Shown in pieces: positions 1 to 13,200 of a stretch of DNA of 64,000 nt. Position 1 is the first letter of the stretch, and every line of letters starts with the position of its first letter. The position numbers were made by a program, and so were the translations under genes. The DNA comes from the human T2T-CHM13v2.0 reference genome, Homo sapiens: NCBI RefSeq assembly GCF_009914755.1, contig NC_060937.1; one strand, written 5' to 3'. Below the pieces are notes generated by a model. That model ran no database searches. It was not told the DNA's origin and was given only the letters and a program-made list of their open reading frames with translations.

Positions 1-1775
1 CAACATAAAAAATTTGTAACTTTGCTTCTGTTAATGGTATTTGTAAAAATCAGCACATAATTTGTAAGAGGAAAAGAGTACAGGAGAAAACGTTTTGATG
101 TAGAACAGTTTGCATTTTTGTAAGCCAAAGAAAAATAATTTATTTTCTTCAAGCACTGAATGTGGGAAGAACAGTCTAATTATTAGAGGGAATGGAAAGA
201 TGGATCTAACTGGAAATAATTGATATATACTAAAACTTTTTTATTTCATAGCTAATGAGGAGAAAAAATGAAATTGAATCTCTACTTTGTATAAAATCTG
301 AAAATATATTTTGTATGTTGTTTGCAACTATGCTTGTGAACACTATATAGTAAAAATATACAAAAAAATGCTGTAGTTTTGGTTAGATTTAAGTCAAAGA
401 CATTCACTGATAAAAAATCTTTGGATGTGAATATTCCCCAAATCAGAACAATTGTCTCTGAATATTACCTCCGTTTGAAAGGTATTGGCATACATTTGTA
501 TTAATCTTGATGTTTCAAAATAAGCCCTAATTTAAAAGTTATTCTACATGCAAACTAAAACAATATTAATAGAACTTCCCTTTTCAGAAACAATAAAAAA
601 AAGACATTTTGTAAAATGTGGTCCTGAACAAGTCACAGTAAAAAATAAATATATACTTAATGTCTACCTCCTCAAAACAGAAGTTAGTTTCTATTCCTCT
701 GTCTTGAAAACAAGGTGAAAAATCAGCCTATAAGCAACTTTGGGCAAAGGGTTGCCAAAACAAAGCTCAAGCAATTGAACTTGGACACCTCAAAAGAATT
801 TGAGAGAATCTGACCACAGGATCCAAATTCTATTAATAACAGATACAAAGGTCAAGTGGCTCCTCCCAAGTAGCTTAGTTCATATTCCCATAGGGTCTAT
901 AGTGTAACCCATTTAAATAAAGAATTCACAAATCAAATAATTGCCTTGAATATTACAATTTGGAAAAATGTCTCTTGAAATAAGCTATGGGGAGAAAAAA
1001 TGTAGCCATGTTGCATTTATACAGGTGTAAAGAGCAAAGCAAATGCTATTGCTGTTGTGTGCAGGCAGCTTTCCCTCTGACTGTACTTAGAAAATCCATA
1101 GAGATGCTGGTGTGTGGTGGGGACATTTTCCTTTATGCCTCTCAATGAAAGGAAAAAGTAATCTTCCTTTGCCCCCAGAGAATTAAAGCTCAATGTCGTT
1201 TGCTTAAATAATTACAATAGGTTAGAATTTTAGCACAATAACATATTTTTTAAATGTCAATGTTCAAAACCTTTCCTATTGAAAAAGGGATAAGCAGCAA
1301 AGACATGGCATTTAAATTACCTTTCTGGACTGTTAATATGGTTGGAATCTCTATTGTATTTATCTAAAGTAAGAACCCCAAATTAAAACACATTAAGGGG
1401 CATAATCAGGAATTTGAAATCTAATACAAATCATCTGTCAGGTGAGCCTAGAATAGAGAAGCTATACGATTCCATATGTAATACGTCAGTAAGATAGATT
1501 GGCTGCATCCTCCGCATTCCCTGTTTTTCTTCCTCAACACAAGATGATGGTAAGAATATATACCCCTGCTTTGTTAGGGAGAAACAACTACATCATCTGA
1601 AGAAATGTACAGTCCTAACATACCTTTGAAGAGGCACAGTTTCTTCTCTCTGCTTTGATCATGCAACTGGAAACAAAAGCCTTGAATAGGAGGAAGCACA
1701 AGAAGATTGAAGGCCCGTGTCATCACTTGGAGAAGAGCATCTAGGAAAATTTTGTGTTTATTTGTCTTATTTGGA

Positions 1776-4700
1776 TTTTTAAATATATTCTTTACTTGTA
1801 TAGATTTAGGAGGTACAAAATGCAGATTTGTGACATGGATATATTGTGCATTGGTGAAGTCTAGGCTTTTAGAGTAACCATCACCCACACTGCGTACACT
1901 GTACTCATTAAGCACTCATCTTTCTCCCCACTACCACTCTCCCACCATTCTGAGTCTCTAATGTCTATTAATTCAACTCTCTGTGTACATGTATACACAT
2001 AATTCAACTTCCACGTATAAGTGAGAACATGTGGTATTTGACTTTCTGTTTCTGAGTAATTCATAACTGCTTCCAGTTCCATTCATGTTGCTGCAAAAGA
2101 CATGATTTTATGTATATATACCATATTTTCTTTATCCAGTCATCTGTTGATGGACACTTAGATTGATTCTATATCCTTAGTATTGTGAATAGTGCTGCAA
2201 TACATATATGAATGCAGGCATCTTTTTGATATAAAGATTTTGGTAGGAACAAGAGGCAGAGAAATTCTAGGCAGAAAAGGATGGGTCCCTGGCAAAGCCC
2301 CACCCTCAAGCCGAAAAGTTTGAGATCACGGCCCAAAGCGAGAACTTATATCCCTGTTTTCTCACTCGAATGTTACCTTTTCCTAAACCATCCATGGCCC
2401 CACCCCACAGCATCCTGTTACTATAAAGATCTCAGACTCAGCCAGCAGAGAGGAAGAAGCAGCTGGACATTGGGAAGACCATAGCTAGACGTCGAATAGA
2501 TGCAGCTTGACCTCAGAGGGACAGCTTGACAGTGTAACTTTGGAGAATTCAGCTGGAGATAGCAGGACTTCAGGAGAAGATTACCTACGCCTGCCTCCCA
2601 TTCCAGCCCATCCATTTTCAGCTCCCCTTCCTGCTGAGAGCCACTTTCACTGGCAATAAAATCCCCTGCATTTACCATCCTTCCATTCGTTTGTATGACC
2701 TCATTTTTCCCGAATGCTGGACAAGTGAATGCAGATACAAAAGGGCCCACTGAGTTCTTAACACTTAAGCTGTCCACTGATGGCAGAGCTAAAATAGCAC
2801 TGCAACACTTGCACTGGGGCTTTGGGAGTAACAGGCACACCCTCTGACACTGCCACAGTACCCACATAGAGTTTGCTTCTGCCAGCACCCAAAAGTGCTC
2901 CTCCCGGCTCCTGCACCCACCACCCGCCCATTCCCTCCTGTGAGGGGTGGAATGCAGCGAGTCCGAGTGAGCTGTGGTTGTCCCTGCCAGCACCGAACCA
3001 GCCAGCTGGTTCCAGAGCTCATGTACTCTAGTTCCTGCCTCATTCTCTTGCATGTTCCCACCGACGAGGAGTTGAGAGCAGCAGGCTGAGTGAACGGTGT
3101 ACCCCTGTCATTGGTCCAGCAGAGGGGTCAGGGAAATATCCTGTTTCAAATTTCTTTTCTTCTAGGTAGATATTCAGTAATGAGATTGCTGGATCAGATG
3201 ATAGTTCTATTTTTATTCTTTGAGAAATCTCCATACTCTTTTCCAAAAAGGTGCTACTAATTTACATTCCCACAAACAGCTTATAGTGTTCCTTTTTTTC
3301 CACACTCACCCCAAAAATGTCTTATTTTGTACTTTTTAATAATGGCCATTCTGACAGGTGTACAATGGTATCTCTTTCTGGTTTTTGATTTGCATTTCTC
3401 TGATGATTAGTGATGTGAAGCATTTTTTTTTTCATATGTTTGTTGGCCATTTGTATGCATTCTTTTGAAAAATGCCATTTGCCCAATTTTAAATGGGGTT
3501 ATGTGTTTTTTTCTTGGTGAATTGAGTTCCTTGTAGATTATGGATATTAGTCATTTGTCAGGCACGTAGTTTACAAGTATTTTCTCCCATACTGAAAGCC
3601 TGTTCACTTTGTTGATTATATCTTTTGCTGTGAAGAAGCTTTTTAATTATCTCATTTGTCTTTAGGTATTGTTACATTTGCTTTTGAGGTCTTAGTCATA
3701 AATTCTTTGTCAACGTCCAGAAGAGTATTTCCTAAGTTTTCTTCTAGAATTTTTATGAGGTCCTACATTTAAGTTTTTTAATGCACATTTAAGTTTTTAA
3801 ATCATATTGATTGTTCTATATAATGAGAGATGTGGGTTCAGTTGTATTCTCCTGCATATTGCTATTCAATTTTCCCAGCACTATTTATTGAATAAGATTT
3901 TATTTCCCTGGTGTATGTTTTTGTTGACTTTGTGAAAGATTAGTTGGCCCTAGGTATGTGACTTTATTTCTGGGTTCCCTATTCCGTTCCATTGAGCTAT
4001 GCGTTTATTTTTGTACCAGTACCATGTTGTTTGGGTTATTGTAGCCTGATGGTATAATTTGAAGTCAGGTAAAGTGATGCCTCCAGTTTTATACTTTTTG
4101 CTTAGAATTGTTTTGGCTATTCTGGCACATTTTTTCTTCCCATTTGAATTTTAGGATCATTTTTTCTAATTGTGTGAAAAATGATATTGACATTTTGATA
4201 GGAATTACATTAAATCTGTAGATTGCTTTGGACTGTACGGTCATTTTAATGATATTGATTCTTTAAGTCCATGAGTATGGGATGTTTTTCCATTTGTTTG
4301 TTTCATCTACAATCTTTTTTATTAATCAGTATTTTGTAGGTTTTTTAGAGATCTTTCTCCTCTTTGGTTAAATGTATTCCTAGGTATTTTATTATTATTT
4401 TTGGAGCTATTATAAAAGAGATTGAGTTTTCGATGTGATTCTCTGCTCATTGTTAACAGTGTATACAAAGGCTGTTGGTTTTTGTATGTTGATTTTGTAT
4501 CCTGATACCTTATTGAATTGATTTATCAACACTAGGAGTCTTTTGGAGGAGTCTTTTCTAGGGTTTTCTATAAAATCATATCATCCGCACAGATAATTCG
4601 ACTTCCCCTTTTCCAATTTGGATGCCTTTTTTTTCTTTCTCTTTCCTGATTGCTCTGACTAGGACTTCCAGGACACTGTTGAATAGGAGTATTGAAAGTG

Positions 4701-5385
4701 AGCATTCTAGTCTTGTTCTAGTTCTTAAGGGGAATGCTTTCAACTCTTTTATCTTCAGTATGGTGTTCCCATTGTGCTTATTGTATATGGCTTCTGCTAT
4801 TCTGAGGTATATTCTTTCAATGCCTGGTTTGTTGGAGGGTTTTGATCATTAAGAGGTGCTGAATTTTATCAAATGTTCATTTTTGCATCTATTGAGATGA
4901 CCATATGGATTTTGTTTTTAAGTCTGTTCATGTGATGAATCACATTTATTGATTTGTGTGTGTTGAACCATCATTGCATCCCTGGAATAAACCCCACTTG
5001 ACCATGAGGTATTCTCTTTAAGTGCTATTGGATTCAGTTTGCTAGTATTTTATTGAGGATTATTGCCTTTAGTTCATCGAAAATATTGACGTGTAGTTTT
5101 CATTTTTATTGTTGTGTTCTTTCCCAGCTTTGGTATAAGGGTAATACTGGCTTTGTAGAATGAGTTAGGAAGGATTCTGTCCTCAATTTTTTGAAACAGT
5201 TTCAGTAGAATTGACACCAGTTCTTATTTGTGTGTCTGGTAAAATTAGGCTGTGAATTTGTCCGTCCCTGGGATTTTTTTTTTTTTTTTGGTAGGGGGAG
5301 AATTTTGTTAATGATTCATTATTATTACTCATTATTGGTCTTTTCAGGATTTCTGTTTCTTCCTGATTTAACCTTGGGAGATTTT
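1776..5385 (-). mobile_element. 5'-truncated LINE-1 (L1MA1/2- or L1PB-like; 3'UTR plus decayed ORF2), interrupted by an LTR at 2241-3148
   Basis: Reverse-complement L1 3' end (GGTACAAAATGCAGATTTGTGACATGGATATATTG...), followed by T-rich antisense ORF2 sequence. The L1 resumes in register after the LTR. Confidence 0.85.
2241..3148 (+). mobile_element. ERV1 solo LTR, LTR1 family
   Basis: TG...CA termini, ending GGGAAATATCCTGTTTCA; TATA-like CTATAAAG and AATAAA; flanks GATTT/AATTT resemble a TSD. Confidence 0.75.
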
Positions 5386-5529
5386 AAGTGTTGTAAAACT
5401 CAGTATGACTCCGAGTTGCTGAATTAATATAATTACCTGAGATTGTTGTTAATAATTGAATTTTCTACATTCTACTCTATATCTCCTGAATTTGATTATC
5501 CAGAGGAGTCTGAGAATCTGTATTCTTAT

Positions 5530-6390
5530 TTTATTTTTTGCATTGACAAATAAAATCGAATGTATTTACTGTATATAATGTGATGTTTTAAAATATATGT
5601 ACATTATGGACTAAATGTCACCAATTAACATATTAATCTTACCCAGACTAAATCTGGCTAATTAACATACATATTACTTACATGGTTATCGTTTTTCTGC
5701 AGAGAACACTTACATACACTCTTGTTGTTTTTCAAGAATATATTATGAACTGTAGTCACCGTGTTGTACAATAGATCTCTTAAGCTTACTCCTCCTTTCT
5801 AACTAAAATTTTGTATCCTTTGACCAACATTTACCCCCACCCCAAACATCCCACCCGCTGGTAAACCTCATTGTGCTTTCTACTTCTGGGACATCAACTT
5901 TTTAGATTACACACATGAATGAGATCAAGCAGTGTTTGTCTTTCTGTGTCTGGCAGAACATAATGCTCTCTAGATTCATCCATGTTGATACAAATAAAAA
6001 GATTTTATTATTTCGTATGACTGAACGGTACTCCATTGTGTATCAATACCCCATTTTTTAATCCATTCATTTTTTTCTTTGTTCTTGTCCTAATCCATTC
6101 ATTTTTTGATGAACACTTAGGTTGATTTCATGCCTTGGATATTATGAATAGTGCTGCAATAAACAGAGAAGGACAGATATCTCTCCCACATACTGATTTA
6201 ATTCTCCTTTCCCTCAGATGTGGAATTGCTTGATTACATGGTAGTTCTATTTTTAATTTTTAAAAAAATCTTCATACTGTATATCATAATGGCTATACTA
6301 ATTTTCATTCCTACATATAATGTGCAAGGGTTCTTTTTTCTCTACAATCTTGTCAATACTTCTTATCTTCCTTTCGATAACAGCCAGAGT
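5530..6390 (-). mobile_element. Old L1MA 3'-end fragment
   Basis: Antisense L1M 3'UTR motifs (TGTAGTCACCGTGTTGTACAATAGATCTCT; GAATAGTGCTGCAATAAACA). Confidence 0.7.
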
Positions 6391-6672
6391 GTCTGTATTT
6401 TAACCACAAGCAATGCAGATGATCCTCATGATGAGACACATTGGTGCACACCAACAGGGTCCACTATTGGGGAGAATTCGATGAGTGGTGACAAGTGAGT
6501 CCGTTCACTAGACCTCTCCAGGATTCCTGAACATCAGCCCTAATTTCTGTTTCCTTCCCTGCCCTATAGAAATATCTCCTTAGATGCCGATTGTGAAATT
6601 CTTGTCTTTTAAAAACCTGACTCTCTGCTCATTTAAATTTCAAACCTCACTCTGAAAGGAAGGAATTACTAA

Positions 6673-7004
<332 letters not shown>

Positions 7005-8116
7005 AACAAAGGGTATATCTTGAGGCACAAAGTGACAGCTGTGTAAATAATTCACTGTTAAGGCTCATATACCTGAAGTGGTAAGTTTATTTGGCCTATT
7101 ATCATGCTGTCAGTGGACATGGGATCACAAAGACAGTCATTCTCAAATTCTGTGTTTTATATCCCTTGGAGAGATTTAACCTCACTATTTTGGACTCATT
7201 AGCTCAATGGAACATTTAGAGAGAGAGAAAGACCAAACAACAACAGAAAGTGTAATGTTTATTTCTATTTAAAATCATATGTGATGCATTTTTCCAGATA
7301 AATTTATAAGATAGTATTATTTGTTAACTAGTAAAAAAGCATACTACTTTTGAAGGTCAAAATTAAAAATCTGGAAAGACAATTCCAAAAAGCAACATTA
7401 ATGCTTCTCTGGTGCTAGTTTTAGTGGGTGAGTCACTGCTGGCTCTAAAGCATTCCATAGTGTCTTGTGAGGAATAATATCATGTAAAGATGCAAATTAA
7501 TGTTGCCCTGCAAGTGGGACACTGCCTAATAGAACTTATAATTCTCAGTATAGTTTTCCCTTTGGAGCATTGATGCATTTTTAAAATTTGCTGTTAATAG
7601 TAAATTGTAGTTTTTTATTTGTTATTATAGCACCAGAAAATGAAACAGTGGGTTTGGCTATGCAACCCTAGAGATTTCAAGACTAAAAACAAAACAAAAG
7701 AGAACAAACACCAAAAACAGCAAAACTGTTTTCCAACGGGATAATTTTGGTATTATATATACAGATTGTAGACAGTGATGAAAATACTCTAGTAGTTACT
7801 AAAATGAAAAGATGTAAGAGAAAGTCTAAAACATCTTTTTTTAAAAACTGAGAAATTTGTCCTTTTTTCTTCTTTAAAGGAGGTTGGGTTAACATTTATT
7901 CTAAATTGTTTATTTTTATCCTACTCAGTGACTTGAGATCAAAATTTAGTACTCTGAGGAGAAATATTACCATGACATGTTTTTAATCAGTCATCTGATT
8001 CTTATATAGCCTTTTTAGCCTCTGTTGAATGTACAGAAGTTTGTTTTATAGGTATATATTATAGTTATATTTCTATATCACATAGAATATAAATATAATA
8101 ATTATATATATTATAT

Positions 8117-9262
8117 TATGGATGGTGACAGGAGGCAGACAGACTCCTGGGCAGAAAGTTGGGGGAGCCAGTGAAGGCCTACCTTCATGCCAGGGATGAC
8201 CTGAAACTTGGGAGCTGGACTGCCAGTTCTGGGTGGAGTCCTCAGCCTGAGTGAGAACTTATGGTACTTTTTCCAGGCCCACCCATGGCTGCTCATTGAC
8301 CAATTAACATGCACTTCTTCCCTTCTGAGCCCATAAAAACCCCAGACTCCAACAGACATCCCCTATGACCCACCTATGGTTAGGAGCTACCCACTCCAGG
8401 TCTTCTCTCTGCTGAGGGCTGCACAGACCTCACAGGGATGATCTGCCTGTGAAAAGGAGCTACCCACTGCAGGTCTCCTCTCTTCTGAGAGTTTGACACT
8501 CACTGGGATGACCTGCCTGCAGAAAGGAGTTAGCCACCGTGAGTCTCCTCTCCACGGAGAGCTGGACAGATGTTGAATTGACCTGCTTGCAAAGAGGAGC
8601 TACCCATTTTGGGTCTCCTAGGAGCTGTTCTGTCACTCAGTGAAGCTCCTCTGCCCCTTGCTTACCCACATCCCTCATTCTTCCTGAACATGTGACAAGA
8701 ACTTAGGACCTGTCAAATGGTGGGAATAAAAGAGCTGTAATATAAACAGGGCTGAAACATGGCCCCCACTTACCACGAAGCAGGTGACAAGAAGGCGAGA
8801 AGAGCTGCAGCCCTTTGAGGATCCCAGATCAGACTTAGGGATTCCCCAATCCAGAGCCATGACATCTGTTTGAGGGTCTGTGGTTCCTGGTGTCTCCTAG
8901 CTTCTGGGCAGCACCATGTTCCCCTTGTCCAGATGCAGGTGCCCACAGCGGAAGCTATGTGCAGTACATCTGGTACAGCCACAGCCTTGCACAGAGCTGC
9001 CTGTCCCACCGCAGCAGCCAGTGTGGCTGGCTGTCGGCAGTGGCTGGAACCCATGCTTGCTCACCCACACACTTTTTGACACTTTGTGCCTGGCTCACCC
9101 TTGGCAGGTTTGGAATCTGACCCAGTAGTGTGAGCTGAGCACAGTCTGCTTGGCCGAGTGGGTGTAACCATCCCAGCAGGCACAAGCAATACTCAGACAG
9201 AAGTCACTGCTGGCCACAGAGGTTTCTGGCTGGTGAAGCCACACTCTGAGGATCCTGTGACA
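8117..9262 (+). mobile_element. ERV1 solo LTR, MER52 family
   Basis: Internal tandem GGAGCTACCCACT..AGGTCT(C/T)CTCTC repeats typical of MER52; ends GATCCTGTGACA; 4-bp TSD ATAT. Confidence 0.8.
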
Positions 9263-9774
9263 ATATTTTATTTTTCTGCTACAGCATTTACTTCAGGGAT
9301 GTGACTCCAAACCCAAAGTTAAATAATTGTAACTATTGAGTTATCCACAGTCTTCTAAGAGCTATCAGATTTTAAAATGATATCAGTGCGGGCAGGGGAG
9401 ATGGTGGTTGTTGTTTTGGTTTATTTTATTGTGTTTATTTTTAAGAAAGGAAGAGAGATAACTTGGGACTCTGAATCTCTGAATTATTTGAAAAGACATC
9501 TCTTACTGTTCTGGATCCCCAGGGAAAAGTGATACATGAAAGAGCAGGTAAATATATAATCCCTCGTTACCCTAAGGCCTCAATTTCAAATCTTGTTGTA
9601 GAGAACCCATGTCACGGTAAGCAAGCCTTGACCATACAGGCCTTTGTCTTCCCATCTTTGGGTCTACATATTACCATTCACTCTGGAGGTCCTTTTCCCA
9701 AGAAACTCTCTCTTTCTACTACCTCCTATCTAATCGAAATCAAGTCCTATTCAAAATCAAGTCAAATTTCAGGT

Positions 9775-10295
9775 ATATAATATACTATTATTAACTATAG
9801 TCATCATGATGTACAATAAATCTCCAGAATTTATTCATCTTATATCTGAAATTTTGTACTCTTTGAACAGCATCTTCCCATTTCGCCACCCTAGCCAACC
9901 TCTAGTAACTACTATCATATTCCCTCTTTCTATGAATTCAACTTTTTAAGATTCCACATATAAGTAATATCATGCAAGATTTCTTTGTAGGTGTCTGGCT
10001 TCCTTTAGCATAATCTTCTCTAGGGTCATCCATGTTATCACTTTTGGGAGGATTTCTTCCAGTTGAAAGGCTGAATAATATTTCAGCACACATATAGGAC
10101 ATATGTAATATGTGTCATGTAGATTATGTAGAGCCATATCATGTATATCTATATGTATCTATCTATCTCACATTTTTAATTCATTCATCCCTCAATGGGC
10201 ACTTAGATTATTTCTATATCTCAGCTATTGTGAATAAGCCACAATTAACATGGAATTGTCAATATTTCTTTCATATATTGATTTCATTTCCTTAA
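9775..10295 (-). mobile_element. Old L1MA/MB 3'-end fragment
   Basis: ATTAACTATAGTCATCATGATGTACAATAAATCTCCAGAATTTATTC and AGATTCCACATATAAGT motifs. Confidence 0.7.
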
Positions 10296-13200
10296 CCTTT
10301 TAATTAACGGATTTTTAATCCATCAATGGCTTTTATCTGAATCAAATACTATATTGGGACTTTGTAAACTGTAATTTTATAATTCCATCATTTTTCTATA
10401 TTTGATAGCTGGCATTCTGGTGTGAAATACTTTCTAATTTGTTTTTCCTTTTATCTCTTTTTCTCATTTTCTTTTTGTGTATTACTATCATTGCATAGAT
10501 TTCCTTTAACTCAACTTTACAGAGTAAATAGAACAGCCCTACTTTTAATTTAAAAATAAAAATGCAGTGTGGTAGAAAGATGGACTATAATTTGAATCAT
10601 GTGTATATCAAAGAAAAATATAAAAATAAATTATTAGTTAGAATTGGACACTATAATTCTATGATTATGGTTAACCTGAAGGTGAAATACAATTCTTGTG
10701 CTTCAGCAGCATATAATATAAATGAGGAAAATATTATGCACAATATCACATTATTGGTGATTAAAGTAAGAATGACTAAGAATGCCCTAAAATGAAGTAA
10801 CATTACTCCAAAAAAATAAAGTAAAATCATAGTAAAAAAAAAAGATTTTGTGTAGGAGCTGGATAGTGCCAATAATAAAGCACAAAATATGCATCTCTTA
10901 ATTCCATTACTAAATTTAGATTAAGAAATTTGCAAAAGTTAAAATGTAACTGCAATATTGGCATTTGAAGTTCTTTTTTCAAACTACTGAGGTTGAATAA
11001 CACTTTGACAGACATTTTCATAGGGCTTAAAGCAAAACTACTAATAAAATTTAAATGCAGTATTGAGATCAAATGCCTACTGTCTGGCTTTCAACACCTT
11101 ACTGAGAATTAGTAACCAACAAAAAAATATGTTAGGCCTAATCAAAGAATTGAGTGTATGTGCAGCCACTCGTTTAATTCCTACAACAACCCTTATGAAA
11201 ATTGGAATTATTTTTATACATTTTTATATTTGACCATGAGAGAAATTTGATAGATTTGAGAGTTTACATTGCCAAAATTCACAGAAATATTTAAATTATA
11301 AAGGCAATATTCGTTATAAAGTAATGAATACTCAATCCTAGTCCAAGAAATCTTATTTCGTTACTCATGCGTCATAAGCCCTACACTATACTACTGTGTG
11401 GTTTATCAAAGCCAACCTGCCCAACCTCATTGGTCCCTTTTTGAATCAGTTGTTTCATCACTCGACTAGTCACTCACACATTCTTGACAATTTTAGTACC
11501 TCAATCCCTGAAAGCAATTGATAGTCTAGCCTCTTACATCTATCTCCAATATGTCAAAAAGGTCTATTCATATTTCTGTTCTTTACCTGCTGGAACAATT
11601 TAAGTGATCACTCTTAAAAATAAAAAACCATGTCACCACACACCTTCTTCCATTTAAAACCTTCTGAAGGTGGCACCTGAAAAATGTATATAAAAAAATG
11701 CCCCTCAGCTCTACCTAACTTTTTCCGTCAGGCACCCCAATCAAGTATCTTAGTGCTTTGCAGCCATAACACACACACTGTCATGACTCATTCCATGCTA
11801 CTCTATCCATGTGGACTGTTCTTTACACCTTCAAATCCCGGTGATCTCCTATTTATCCTTTAAGATCGAATGCACATGTTGCCTTTATGAAAGCATTCCA
11901 GAGTTTTTTAGCTATATCTCTTCCCCAAGACCTCATACTCTATAGCATAATTGTTTCTTTCACATGCATATCTCTTTGCATAAGATTCTGAATTTTAAAA
12001 TAAGTCAAAATGATATATTTTAGTCATAAACTGTGCTCATTTTATCTTCATAGTACTCAGTACTGAATATTTAACACAGAGAAATCACCAAGAACGTATT
12101 TGCTTTATGTTTGATTATAAATTACCTTTTGGGAAAAGGTATAAATTGCGGGGAGAGGGGGAGCCTATCATAAGTAAATTGTTACAGTTATCATTTCATA
12201 AAAAGTGATCATATATTCTGGCAGTTATAACTTTAATTGATCCTTTTTCTTGTATTTTTTTAATGGGACTAGGACTAAGGAGAAGATTTTTTCATTTTTC
12301 TTTCCCTGTGTCTTTGCTGTTACTCTTCCAGAAATGATTTACTATTTTTTCCACTGCCCGCAATTAGCAATAGTTATAATTAAAGTAGAAAAATAGTTCT
12401 AAATACATAAAACATACTTCTCCTAATGTTTCCTTCAATCAGGAGTACTTGTTGTCCCTGGTGGTGAGTGGTAATATGCTTTTTCTTCCCCCTTTATTTT
12501 AATGAAGACATAAATGCCAAATGAATTAATACTGTACCTATTAAAGAATTCAAATAAACAGATTGGAAAATTTGAAATATTTTATAATGGTGGGTAAAAA
12601 GTTTTTAGGTTAAATATCTTTAGAACATGACCCTATTGATGATAAAACTTAGCATAAGATTCAGTTAGTTAATGAGTACTCACTGAGCCTCTGGCTGTGG
12701 CAGGCCCTTTGTGAACCATTTGTAGGAATGCAAAAATAAACGGGAATACATGCAGCATCGTCCTGATTAAAACAGTGAAGCAGGTAAAATCATAATTTTT
12801 TGTCTATGCTATTCCAATTTTGTCTTTGGCTTGTTGTATCTTACTGTGTTCATTGTCACTCCTCCACTCCCAGGTCAATGGCGTGCTGTTGTGCTGGTAA
12901 ATTTATTCTACAGAAAAAGGAGAAAGAAATGCTGAGTCATACTCTTTGCCTATTCCTATGATGTAAATACTCCTCCATGGCCAATTTCAAAGGACAAATG
13001 TAGGGTTGCTAGAAATGATAAAATTCAGCTTTCACAAGTCAGCACATGCTGGTTCCAACTCACCGCCACATGCCCTTCATAGGCATGCTTCTTGACACAA
13101 AGACACAGAAAGCTCTTACTCTATCTTTCGTTCTCATAAATGAATTTTACATCAATTATTAACACAGTAACATGAATTCTAGTTATTGCTTTAACTGTCC

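Noticed and set aside
2421-3053. 210-aa minus-strand ORF
   Set aside because: Lies wholly inside an LTR1-type LTR, antisense, with no recognisable domain. GC-rich LTRs give chance ORFs.
8380-8630. Regularly spaced ~70-bp repeats that look superficially CRISPR-like
   Set aside because: Whole units are homologous with no unique spacers. They are the internal tandem repeats of MER52, in eukaryotic DNA with no cas genes.
12875-13070. Possible MER63-like DNA transposon remnant
   Set aside because: Similarity too weak to call by eye; needs an nhmmer search.
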